Source: Chrysomallon squamiferum (taxonomy: Eukaryota > Animalia > Mollusca). From it: a stretch of 64,000 nucleotides of DNA. This document shows positions 32,464 through 45,691 of this stretch, piece by piece. How positions within the stretch are numbered: position 1 is the first letter of the stretch; every line of letters begins with the position of its first letter. The position numbers and the translations under genes are program-made. A model generated the notes under the pieces. That model searched no databases and was not told the DNA's origin. It was given only the letters and a program-made list of their open reading frames with translations. Where the stretch lies: contig CM022677.1 of the NCBI GenBank assembly GCA_012295275.1, positions 22,940,001-23,004,000 of the forward strand. Reading direction: 5' to 3'.

Positions 32464-33828
32464 ATGAATCTAATATGGGATCTGATTATTCAAATACTTC
32501 TATTAGCCAATGGTTTGTACATCTCTTGTTAACAATTGATTATTTGAAATGATTATTTATTATTATATATATATTTAACAAAAGTAGTAATAGTAGTAGT
32601 AGTAGTAGTAGCAGTAGTAGTAGTAGTGTAGTAGTAGTATTAGTAGTGTTAGTGATTATGATGATCAATGAAAATTCAGTATATTATATTAATGTTTAGA
32701 CACTTTTTTATTAGTAGTAGTAGTAATAGTAGTAGAAGTAGTGATAGTAGTAGTAGTAGTAGTGATAGTAGTAGTAGTAGTAGTGATAGTAGTAGTAGTA
32801 GTAATGGTAGTAGAAGTAATAGTAGCTGTAGTAATAGTCAACAATATCATCATCATAATGGTATACAGTGAGATTTCAACAGTAAAATTCTGCACTGCAT
32901 TTGTAGACAGACTCGTACAGACAGACGCTGCAGTGGACGGCGGGTGGAGTTCATGGAAAACAATAAGAAGAGAACCTGAATGCGACAAGACTTGTGGAGG
33001 ATACGGCAGACATGAAGTAACTCAGAAACGAGAATGTAATAATCCTCCACCGTCTTCAGGAGGCAGACAGTGCGAAGGTTCTGATCATATAAGATCCCTT
33101 GAAGTACTTTGTGGTTCCTTAGAGCCCTGTCCAGGTATTACTATATCATCGTTTTTGTTGTTATTTTAGTTGTGGGTTTTTTCAGAATAGTAGCTGTACT
33201 AATGACAGTATGGTACCGAACCACTTATTCGGCTTCAGAAAAAAAAAGAGATGATAATAATAAAATAAAATATAATGATAATAATAACAATTAAATAAAT
33301 AAATTTAATAAATAGGAGTTAATTAATTTGTTTATGGTTTATTAAAACGATAAGAGGGTTTATTAATTTGTACCTCTAACTAGTCTATAATCTAGCAATA
33401 TACACTAGAAGCCATAGAAGAGCTGCAGTAACTGCCTAAAATCACTGAAAGTAACAATCAGATTCTATTCAAGCACGAAATAAACATAACGACAAGGAGA
33501 TGGACAAAATCCTGAAGGTTGGTAACGTCCTCCAAACAGATTTTCTGGATGTAGGATAAGAATGGTGAATGTGTTACAGTATATGACAAGCACAGAACCA
33601 CGTCATCAGGCTAAAACATCATGACATCGTCAATATCTAATAATTTCCATTCCAAGGTCGCATGATTGGTTTAGAACTGTTCTAGTTGTTGTCAACTGTT
33701 TTATTATTATATATATATATATTTCTGCAGAGAACACATTAACACATAAAACTGATATGTAAAAGTGGAGAAACTTACAACATTATCCAACCGAACAAAA
33801 CTGAAGATATTTTAGTAGCAGCAATTTG

Positions 33829-33870
<42 letters not shown>

Positions 33871-34324
33871 ATATTAGTAGTAGTAGTAGTAATTGTGGAA
33901 GTATTAATAGTAGTAGTAGTTATTGTTCTTGTTTTCGTAGAATATAATGCTGCAGATTAGGCCTACCCCTGTCAGTAACTGTTCTGTCCATTCTAGAAAT
34001 ACTGTAATGACTGTTTTCATTATTTTACTTTATTTTTACATCTTTCATTTCCTTTTGCATGCGTGATGTGTGACGTGTGTGTGTGTATGTGTGTTTTAAA
34101 CCTATTCTGTGTGCTATATTGTCTAGATGACTATGGCTTCTGGAGTTCGTGGAAAGTTATCTACAGAGGAAACTGTAGTGCTGACTGCAAAGGTGGAGAA
34201 CTTTATTACGTCAAAAAAAGAAGGAAATGTAATAAAATGGACTCTAAGCTATCGAGACAAACTTGTGAAGGATCCAACTCCATAAATGAAAAATACAGAT
34301 GTCGAAGAGGATTAGATTGTCCCG

Positions 34325-34385
<61 letters not shown>

Positions 34386-35710
34386 GTAATCATGAACTTC
34401 AGTTGTTTTTCTTTTGTCAGTAAATATTTTACTAGAATTTGCTGTTTACGTATAAAAATAACCACATCAGTTTTTTAGGTCATCTTAAAAAGATAAGCGT
34501 GTTCATTCAAAATATTCTTGATATCTGAAAAATCATTAATATACATGGGTATGTACGTTTGTCGTGTATACGTGTATGTTACTGTGTGTGGTTGAGTTTG
34601 TGTGGTTTTGTGTGTGTGTGTGTGTGTGTGCATGCGCGTCTGTTTGCGAGTTGGAATTACAAATTTATTAATTAATAATTTCAGTCGTATCATTCTTGTT
34701 TTCTCTGCTAAGTTCATGGAAAGTGGTCAAGCTGGTCGGTGGTCAGTAGTTCCGACTGTTCCGACGCCTGCAACCGTACGGTCATTTACAGGAGAAAATG
34801 CACTCACCCCCCGCCATCCGCAGGAGGAGAGGCTTGTCCTGGTGCGGGTTTTATTTTTCAATTTGAAGAATGTTTTGATGGAAAATGTTGTAAGTCAAGT
34901 TATATATATATACTTATACTTATATAGTTATTTTTCGAAAACTTCAGCGGAAACCAATCTGGTACAGCTTATTGAACATTTGAACATCTTAACTGATTGA
35001 AAATTGTAATATCTGCCCACGTGTTGGTACTTGCATACTGCTTATCTAACTGAAAAGTCTTTAAAAAATTCAATAATTCGATAACTGACAATATTTTATA
35101 ACATCAATAGAAAAAAACCAGTTCCTTCGTGTTCTTCTCCATGTCTTTATAATTTTTATATTTTAAAAGATTCATCGATTATCTGAAAAGCAACACCCTC
35201 ACATCCTTTCCTCGTATTTTGTAACCAATGGTATCAGTCAGTGACTTCAAAACTGAAATCTGATGAAAACACACCAAGACAAAATGTCAGTGATTTCAAA
35301 ACTCAAATCTGACGTAAACATACTAAGACAAAAAGTGACTTCAAAACTGAAGTCTGACGTAAAAACACTAAGACAAAATGTCACTGACGTAGCTGGTTTT
35401 ACGACCAGCCTTCCCTTACTGCCCTAAATTCGTTCGTTAATATTTAACAACTTACTTACAAAATAAAGCTGTCTGTAATTGAATATACATATTTGTTATG
35501 GTAACTGTTAACTTGTGATTATTTGCAAATATATGCATGTATGTATACATATATATATATATATATATATCAAATATATATCTATGTATGTATGTATGTA
35601 TACAACTTCTAAGTAAATATATAATTTATTATTATTATTATTATTATTATCATTGATATTATTATTATTACTATTATTATTATTATTATCATTGATATTA
35701 TTATTATTAC

Positions 35711-35769
<59 letters not shown>

Positions 35770-36941
35770 TATTATTACTGCAGTGACAAAAGAAACTAGT
35801 TCTGAAAAGAACAAACATTTAGTAATGACTGTTCCTCTCTTGTTTCTGGTTGTTCCTGTTCTCTGCTGCCTTTACTTCAGGTGATTCTGTCTTTATAATT
35901 TCCAGTTTAAATACGTTGTCTTTCATTTGTTTACACATACATACATACATACATACATACATACACACACACACATACATAGATACATACATACATACAT
36001 ACATATATACACATATACACACACATACATACACATATACATACATACATACATACATATATATATATCAGTGCGTGTGAATGGGTGCCATACATTCTGG
36101 TCAGGGTTTGTGACGTGATTGGACTTTGTCCTCCTGCGCCAATGCGTTATCGAATATAGTCTATGTGCACAGTCTATTCACGTCTACATAAGACAGAGAA
36201 TATTCCAAAAGCTAACACTGCATACATACACACATACTAATTCACTTATTTTCTAACTCCACTACTGAGACAATGTGTGTATTTCCGTGTCCAGTGTGTG
36301 CCTTTAGCTGTCTGTGTGTGTGTGTGTGTTTTTGGGTACGTACTTAAATAGGTACGTGTGATAAAACGGTGCTTACTTTATTGCAGGTGTTTAATTTTAT
36401 TTTATATATTTATTTTATCTATAATTATTTAACAAGAATGTATTTGTATTTTATTTGAAGATATAGAAGAAGGAAACCTAAGGAGAAGGAGTCTATATCT
36501 AAATCTAAGCGACCAGCAGAAGCATCAGCACCAACACCAGCACCAACAACAACATCATCACGACGACAATCAAGAACATCATCACGATCACCATCACGAA
36601 CATCATCACGACAACAATCCCTATCACCAAGACCAACATCATCACGAGGACCATCACTATCACCAAGACCAACATCATCACGACGACCATCACTATCAGC
36701 ACGACCAACATCATCACGACGACCATCACTATCACCACGACCAACATCATCACGACGACCATCACTATCACCAAGACCAACATCATCACGACGACCATCA
36801 CTATCACCAAGACCAACATCATCACGACGACCATCACGACGACCATCACTTCACCCTCATTCACATCACCGATTGCCCTCAAACAAAAGCAGTCGTGATT
36901 TACGTAAAACATCAGATCATCGAAATCGATCAAAAAAGTAG
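32464..36941 (+). CDS. G4: type I membrane protein, 3 TSP1 repeats + TM + Ser/Arg/Pro-rich repetitive tail (~409 aa)
   Basis: Exons: 32464-32512 (MNLIWDLIIQILLLAN); TSRs 32907-33134, 34127-34324, 34713-34889; TM 35784-35880 (LVMTVPLLFLVVPVLCCLYF); tail 36461-36941 (YRRRKPKEK..(RRPSLSPRPTSS)n..KK*). Phases 1/1/1/1/2. Confidence 0.82.
35240..35390. repeat. Intronic ~46-bp triple repeat (AGTGACTTCAAAACTGAAATCTGACGTAAAACACTAAGACAAAATGTC); duplicate at ~47840-47990
   Basis: Three tandem copies visible. Confidence 0.8.
36609..36850 (+). repeat. Coding 36-bp minisatellite encoding RRPSLSPRPTSS in the G4 tail; copy at ~49205-49446 in G6
   Basis: Six full 12-aa units plus partial units, in frame with the tail exon. 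Confidence 0.85.
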
Positions 36942-37149
36942 AAATTAAAGAAAATACAACAAAGAAACTGTATCTGGTCATGTTTCAATGCTTATGTGTT
37001 TACAAAGAATTTAAATGTCAGAAAGTAATAATCAGATGAGTTCCCTGGTGAACTGATGATTAATGATGTAAATGATATTCTATAAAGTCTGAAATCACCC
37101 TGTGGTAACAGGTATCATAGAACCAACTGATTGCAGCCAAATTTCGATT

Positions 37150-37570
37150 CAATACTTAGAGAGAGGTCATATGATGGCTCACCATGACATCCCCTTCCCA
37201 CCATGATGCTGCTGCCTCCATCGATCCGGTGGCGTCGATTGACGTAGTTTACACCAGGACGTCTGTAGACGCGGATGAGACAGTCGTTAGACCTGAGAGT
37301 GAGACTGGTCCAGTGAACTCTTTGTCACTGACGAGTACACGAGTCCTGTCTAGCGTGTAGCTGGTGTACAGGACTGCGCGCATTCCTTGAAACACAGTCA
37401 TAGTTATTTCTTTCACTGTGCTCTGGGGAGGGTCTTTCTCTACGTGAACGACCTGTAACAGAATTCTTTGCTTCGTACGATCGGGACAGTGGATCAGTGA
37501 GGCGTCTGATAACCCGTCTCAGATTTTCATTTAAACGGGAATCGTGGATATGACATGCATGTGCAAAGAT
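37150..37570 (-). mobile_element. Degenerate Tc1/mariner-type transposase remnant
   Basis: Minus-strand translation SNDCLIRVYRRPGVNYVNRRHRIDGGSSIMVGRG resembles the Tc1 DDE-domain motif SDGRxRVWRRxGERY..GGGSVMVWG; disrupted by stops and frameshifts; locally higher GC. Confidence 0.6.
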
Positions 37571-37976
37571 GATAATGAGGCAATTTTCGAAAAATCAGCT
37601 AAAACTCATCAGACCTTTTGCGTTGGCCCTAATGTTCTGTCAACCAATACTAGTCTACAAAATCAATGATAGAAGGCTTGATTTCATTAAATCTAAATCT
37701 GTTAACATGTAATACTATCAAGAGTGACATTACGAATTAGCTAGTACAATGGACATTCAGATAATGTGTTGTTGTTTCTTTTTTTTAAATGTCTTCTGAG
37801 TCTTAAATTATTTTGATTACTATATATTATTTGCTCACTCACAGACTCACACACTTACACACACTATGTGTGTTATACAGCACTGTATATAAGATAATAT
37901 GTTTTCGACAATCCACCATTCTTCTCTGGCTTGTATAATACCATGCTATATCTCGCTAATTCCTGAATTACTTTCC

Positions 37977-38085
<109 letters not shown>

Positions 38086-38245
38086 CTATCTATCTCTCTC
38101 TCATACATGCACAGGCATACACACACACCCACACACAGAAACATACAGACATACAACTCGCATATTAACAGATCGCGTCAACACAGAGAAAGAACTACAT
38201 TGTTTTACTTCACGATTCCTATAGATAACGTACTACACAAATTTA

Positions 38246-38278
38246 TGACGTCAGTAATTACCTCATATTTTTATAAAA
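38246..38278 (+). promoter_or_regulatory. CRE (TGACGTCA) + TTACCTCA + TATAAAA module upstream of G5; copy at 50843 upstream of G7
   Basis: tgacgtcagtaattacctcatatttttataaaa ~590 bp upstream of the ATG; related module at 44713 and 57544. Confidence 0.5.
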
Positions 38279-38603
38279 CGACAAGTCCAAGATCCAGGAA
38301 GTATTTTGAACTGTACATTACCTAATCAATAAAACAGATGACAAATGTTCACTGCATCTGTTTGGTTTCGGTAAAGAAAATAGTTTGAAACTGCATACGG
38401 AAGATGATTATCAGCTTTATGAATTATAGTTGTTACGTTAGCGAATATGAGATAGAAAAAGTTAGGGATTATAAGTCGCTCTATCTGTATGTTTTTTGTT
38501 TTTATTTTCACCTGTACATCTATACGTTTATGTCAGTGATGTAGATCATAAGAATTTCTTTTGTTCAGAATAAGGAACTCGATAAAAGGTAGAAAGTCCA
38601 CTA

Positions 38604-38761
<158 letters not shown>

Positions 38762-38838
38762 ACTGATTATTTTCACCGTCATCAACATAATCATCATTAT
38801 AATAATTATATTTTATTATATTGTCAGAATACAGAAAA

Positions 38839-39022
38839 ATGAGGTTTGTTACGAAGATTCTTATAGTATCCTATGCGATACTCGTAATAAATGGTATTTA
38901 TTTTGTTTTAATACGAGATTATTTAATTATAACTATATGAACAGATACATAGATGTTTATAGATAATACACATACACAGACCCACACAGACACATATATA
39001 CAAACATGCGTAGGTTATAACT

Positions 39023-39061
<39 letters not shown>

Positions 39062-40469
39062 AACACACAAACACATACACAGTCATACATATATATACAT
39101 ACATAAATTCATTTATACATATATATAAGTATATACATTTAGTATGTAGTAGTAGTTGTAGTAGTAGTAGTGATACCAGCAGTAATAGCAGTAGCAGAAG
39201 TAATAGTAGTAGTAGTAGTGATAGTAGTAGTAGTAGTAATAGTAGTAATAGTGATAGTAGTAATAGTAACAGTAAATATTTCCTCTGCATTTGTAGACAG
39301 ACTCGTACAGACAGACACTGCAGTGGACGGCGGATGGAGTTCATGGAAAACATTAATTATAGGACCTGAATGCGACAAGACTTGTGGAGGATACGGCACA
39401 CGGCTAGTAACTCAGACACGAGAATGTAATAATCCTCCACCGTCTTCAGGAGGCAGTCAGTGCGAAGGTTCCGGATATAAAAGTCAAGTTACAGAACAGT
39501 GCGGTTCCCCCAAAGCCTGTCCAGGTATTACTCTTCGTAATACAGAAGTCGTGAACTAGTAGTCGTTCTAGCTGTTGTTTCTAATGATAACGACAAAGAA
39601 AATGTTAGCGTTTACGTAGATATTTTGTTTGTCTTCAGTGATAAATTGCAGGATCTCAAATACAGACTTTATTTTACTGATAGCCTATATTATTAGTGTG
39701 TACTGCTTAAAACGAAATTATATACGTTTATCACAACTCTGTTTTTAACCATTAGAGGGAGTATGGAGTATGTGGTCAGTTATTTACAAAGGAAGATGTA
39801 GTGCTACGTGTACAGGCGGACCCGTTTACCTGCTTACAAAACGACGGACCTGTATGTTTCTAAAGGGAATAGACGACTGCATAGGACCCAGAGTTATAAA
39901 CGAAACACTTCTATGTCAAACAGGACAAGACTGTCCCGGTATTATTGTTGTCGTTCTTGTTCTCGTTGTTGTTGTTTATGTTGCGGTTGTTTACTATTTG
40001 GTAGTAGCAGAAATTCTTTGCAGACATTTTACTAAATATTTGCTACGAATTTCTCTGTGTGTATGTGTGTGTGTGTTTGTGTGTGTGTGTGTTTTCCTAC
40101 TTGTGTAGCTGTACAGCTGAACAAGTCTAGTGAGGACAACCGTTCAGTTCTCTTAAAAGCACAGAGCTTTTTAATTTCATGCTAGTTAAAATAAATAAAT
40201 AAAACGCAAATACTTAATTCAATTAAGAGAGATTGGCTCTGAGAGATAATAGTAATAAAATACTTGCTAAAACATCTCGTAACGAGGGTTTGCTTCTTAT
40301 GTAATTCTTGCACACTCACTGCTGCTGGTACGTAATGTAAAAAGGTCATACAATGCAGTCTCAGTTTCGTTTCGCAAATCAACCAATCAACTATCCAGCT
40401 CTCCTGACGGTGTTCAGTCAAAATGTTCCCAATAACAGTGTTAAACACTACAAACAAAGAAACAAACAA

Positions 40470-40545
<76 letters not shown>

Positions 40546-41769
40546 GAATAAAATAAAATAATAATAACAGCATAACACAATTAGTTAATTGGTACCGAAA
40601 ATGCGATTGGAAATAAGCGAATTAAAAATAATACAAAAGTGAGACAAAATAGTGAATAGGCTACGTTTTGTTCAGAAACGAGGATTAATTTCGTTTCCAC
40701 CGTCTAAATTCTGACACGGTGATTCAGGAACAACACAATATCAAACACGTATACAAACATCTGTCTGTGTGTGTGTACGTGTCTGTGAGTGCACGTATAC
40801 TGTATAAGTAAATAATTTTGTTTTCTCTGCTAAGTTGACGGATGTTAACGACAAAGAAAATGTTAGCGTTTACATAGACATTCTGTTTGTCTTCAATGAT
40901 AAATTGCAGTATCTCAAATACAGACTTTATTTTACTGATAGCCTATATTATTAGTGTGTACTGCTTAAAAGGAAATTATATACGTTTATCACAACTCTAT
41001 TTTTAACCATTAGACGGAGTATGGAGTACGTGGACAGTTAATTACATAGGAGCATGTAGTGCAACGTGTCGAGGCACAGAAGTTCAAATGCGTATAAAAC
41101 GACGGACCTGTGTGTCTCTAAAGGGAATAGACGACTGCGTAGGACCCAGAGCTATAAATGAAACAGTTCTATGTCAAATAGGAGAATACTGTCCCGGTAT
41201 TATTGTTGTCGTTCTTGTTGTCGTCGTTGTTGTTGTTGTTGTTGCGGTTGCTTGCTATTTGGTAGTAGCAGAAATTCTTTGCAGATATTTTACTAAATAT
41301 TTGCTACGAATTTCTCTGTGTCTATGTGTGTGTGTGTTTGTGTGTGTGCGAGTTTTGCTGCTTCTGTACCCGTACAGCTGAACAAGTCTAGTCAAGACAA
41401 CCGTTCAGTTCTTTGAAAAGCAAAGAGCTTTTTAATTCCATGCTAGTTAAAATAAATAAATGAAATGCAAATACTTAATTTAATTAAGAGAGATTGCCTC
41501 TGGCTGTTTTATGTGACTTTTTACAAAATGTGAGCAGTAAAACAAATAATCGTAATAAAATACTTGCTAAAACAGTTTCTAACGAGGGTTTGCTTGTTAT
41601 GTAAATCTTGCACACTCACTGCTGCTGGTACGTAATGTAAAAAGGTCATACAATGCAGTCTGAATTTCGTTTGGCAAATCAACCAATCAACAAGCCAGAT
41701 CTCCTGACAGTGTTCAGTCAAAATGTTCCCAATAATAGTGTTAAACACTACAAACAAAGAAACTAACAA

Positions 41770-41808
<39 letters not shown>

Positions 41809-42409
41809 CATAATAATTAATTAATCAATAAATAAATAAAGAAGGATAAAATAAAATAATAATAACACCATTACACAATTATTTAATTGGTACCGAAAAT
41901 GCGATTGAAAATAAGCGAATTAAAAATAACACAAAAGTTAGACAAAATAGTGAATAGGCTACGTTTTGTTCAGAAACGAGGATTAATTTCGTTTCCACCG
42001 TCTAAATTCTGACACTGTGATTTAGGAACAACACAATATCAAACACGTATACAAACATCTGTCTGTGTCTGTGAGTACACGTATAATGTATAAGTAAATA
42101 ATCTTGTTTTCTCTGCTAAGTTGACGGACTCTGGACAACGTGGTGGCTGTCTGCACCATTAGAATGCCCGGAGGAGTGTAAGCGCACCCGCATTTGGAAT
42201 AGAACGTGCACCAACCCACCACCGTCTGCAAGCGGGAAGACGTGCGCGGGGGTTGGAAACAAGAACGATACTGAAAAATGTTTTGATGGAAAATGTGGTA
42301 AGTAGTAAATTGTTATATATATGTATCTAAGTATGCATGGATGGAAGGATGTGTGTGTGTGTGTTACATATATAGATATATACACACAATAATCTAAGAT
42401 GCTGATTAT

Positions 42410-42499
<90 letters not shown>

Positions 42500-43084
42500 C
42501 TCTCTTTCTCTCTCTCTCTCTCTATCTCTCTTTCTCTCCGTTTCTCACGCTGTTTTGTTGCACTCTGCCTTTCTCACATTTTCTTTCCTTACAATACTGC
42601 TACTAGTGTTACTTCTATTTACTACAGCTATTATTTTTCATCTATTCACATTTTTTTTATGATGATGGAAAGTATTATTATTATTACTCTGTTATCATTA
42701 TTATTATTATTATTATAGTGTCACGGAAATTGGATAACGAAAGAAAAAACATAATTTTGATAATTTCGATCACGATGTTATGTTTTGCTTGTGCTGTCGG
42801 ATTGTACTGCAGTTATTTAAGGTATTTTCACTGTACTAAAATAGCTCTGTTGTCTGCTGTTGTCAGAAATAACACAGCTGTTAGACTCGGGGTGAAATAT
42901 TGACATTGAGCTTTCAGATGTTTTGTTTTTTAAAATCCTTTTGTTATCGATAATTAAATTAAGATATGTATCTTCTAAGTATAAACATTTATTTTTTATT
43001 GTTGTTGTTTTTGCTTATGGTGTTATTCATATATGTATCTATATGTCTGTTTGTGTGTATATATATTAGGTTTTATTATTATTA

Positions 43085-43128
<44 letters not shown>

Positions 43129-43257
43129 AGTATTCAGTGTTTCTTCCCTGTGTATTTTAACATAGGTCTTGTTGTAAACTGATGGTAGAATTGAGATGCT
43201 GGTTGATTCCACTCAAATTGCTTTTACAATTACTAGCTTTATCCAGCGTCTGAAGTT

Positions 43258-43288
<31 letters not shown>

Positions 43289-43457
43289 TTTTGTCATTTT
43301 TTAAATAATTAGCTAGAATTGTATACGTATTTATTTTCTTGACAGATACGTGAAACGGAAAAACAAGCAGAATGAAGTAAAAGCAATTGACGAAGAAAAG
43401 AGAGAAGGTGCTGCAAAAGACAATCCTGCATTTGTTCCACATGATAAACATATTTAA
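38839..43457 (+). CDS. G5: type I membrane protein, 4 TSP1 repeats + TM + short tail with NPAF (~346 aa)
   Basis: Exons: 38839-38893 (MRFVTKILIVSYAILVIN); TSRs 39297-39524, 39756-39938, 41014-41196, 42121-42297; TM 42719-42821 (IILIISITMLCFACAVGLYCSYL); tail 43346-43457 (YVKRKNKQNEVKAIDEEKREGAAKDNPAFVPHDKHI*). Confidence 0.82.
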
Positions 43458-45155
43458 AAAGGAAGATGATGTTGCAAAAGACTAATTATTATAATACACA
43501 TACAAACATAAATATATATAAACGGACACACACACACATTATATATATGTTACAGTGAATCTGAGACACTCATTATTACGCTTTACGACTGAAAATGTGC
43601 AGTTCACAAAAACTACTGAAACTCGTGATTAACGATGACTGAAGTGATTCAAGTCTGACAGTACTGACACTTACATGAAGACTCTTCATAACAAAACATT
43701 TTAAGAGAACATAAAGTAAACACTGATTTTACATAAAGTATACACTGATGTTTACATAAAGTATACACTGATTTAAAATAGTATCTACAACAATACTTGA
43801 ATATCAAAAGAAAAGGCTCTGATAATCGAGATTAGAGAAACTTTTGCGTTATTTCGCGTACAGGAAATTCGCGAAAATACTGAATTGTTTGGCGTTACGC
43901 TTAATGACTGGTTTCACAGATTACTGTAACATTATCTATGTATGTATGTATGTGTGTATGTATGTATGTATATATCTATGAATGTATGTATCTATCTATG
44001 TAGGTTGGCAGGTATGTGTGTGTATGTCTCTGTGTGTTTGTTTATGTGTTTGTGTTATGGATTTGATTAAATAGGGATTTACACTAAGAGTTGCCTCGAG
44101 ATACTTTATTTAAAACTTATGAAATCGGTATTTTAATAAATAAATAAATAAATACAGTTTGATAATCAACATTTATGTTTTCTTCTGTATTTCATTCATT
44201 TATATAATCAGTTAAAACATACACATACCCAGACACACACATATACACACAAATACATCCATACATATAAAAGTAATATTCAACTATGTGCAGTAAAAAT
44301 AACACTGATGTTGTATTTACAAAGTAAGCTGCTCTATGCTACTTCTGCTATCACTACGACTACTACAATGACCATTCTCCACAACCCAGTAATAATAATA
44401 ATAATAATAATAATATATTTAGATGGTCTACTGATTTCACAGTTTGATTGAATTTATCCAAAAGAAAAATGTTACTTAAAATATATTAATATTTATGTTG
44501 TCATTAGGAAATGTTAAATAATACATTACACCCAAACACTTCACAAATACATGGGGAACAATGGAGCATAGGTTTAAGAGATCAGCTTTATCTTGCAAAG
44601 GTAGCCATGCGGTTAGGTTCTTTTTTGCGATGTTTGCAGTAAAGTACATTCCACCCAACGTACTATTGTGGTCCATCCATTTGTTTTCTTTAAAACAAGT
44701 TCCGGTTATTTATGACGTCAGCGATTACCTCATAAATTCACAAGTTCTTTTTTTATGAAATATCGAGAGCAAAGGTCATTAAACAGTGATTAAGGTATCT
44801 GTAAAATTCTACAATAGATGACAAATATCTATTTTATTACAGGTTGTTTTGTGATGTTGAGAAATTACTGCTAGAAAGATTTATATGCCATTTAGAAGCC
44901 GATAATCATTATTATAAGATTAAATTATATTGTGGCTATGCTGAAATCGATGTTAATATTTCTCTTTGGCTCTCTCTATGTTTCTGTTATGTTATTGGTC
45001 ATCAGTATAAATTATTTTTATAATAAGAAAAAATCTAAAATAATAAATGAATGTTATTTAGTATTACTTTACTGATATCATCATCATCATTATCATTATT
45101 ATTACCAATAGCATTATCAATTCTGCTTTGTTTTGACATAATTAGTGAAAACAAA

Positions 45156-45209
45156 ATGAAGAATTTGTTGAAGATATTTATTGTCTATGTTTATTGTTTA
45201 TACTTCATG
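45156..45209 (+). pseudogene. Orphan copy of the G8 signal-peptide exon
   Basis: MKNLLKIF.. matches 58231; 54 nt versus 52 nt, so the donor phase is shifted; the rest of the gene is cut off by the duplication junction at ~45370. Confidence 0.75.
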
Positions 45210-45691
45210 GTATGTTTGTTTATTTTTCACAATACGAACCAATTACTTTTACCATACTATGAAGTTGATACACCGTTCTTAATTCATAACGTCAACAACT
45301 CATGAATTCTGCTACTAAAGGTATAAATGATAACAAATAAATAAGAAAAGAAAAAAGAAAAATATCTACACTTGTCCTTTGCTTTTTGCACTCATTCGTG
45401 AAGCTGTTTTTTTCTTCCTTCACAATGACAGTTTGTATAGAATTTTTGAGGAAATTAAGCTCCAGTCATATAAAACTGTGTCAAAAAATATCTCATAATC
45501 TTCCAGACAAACATCCTCTCTTCGGCAGAGTAACTGGATTTCATTCAGTTGATTCGTAAGACAGGAGTCCTTTGCCTCTACTATCATTACCAGTTCAAAC
45601 TAATTCTACAGCCTACGATTATTTCTAAAGCATTAAAATATTGTTTTGTCAAGTTCCTTTCTGTGTTTATTGCAGGCACTCCGTATGGAGA

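Noticed and set aside
36290-36352. Hydrophobic Cys/Val stretch as the G4 TM exon
   Set aside because: Derived from (TG)n, frame not conserved in the duplicate; a better TM exon exists at 35784-35880
36505-36981. 158-aa hydrophobic minus-strand ORF (VVVMMLVLVIVM repeats), also at 49101-49577
   Set aside because: Antisense shadow of the G4/G6 tail exon, which has a proper acceptor, phase and juxtamembrane basic residues
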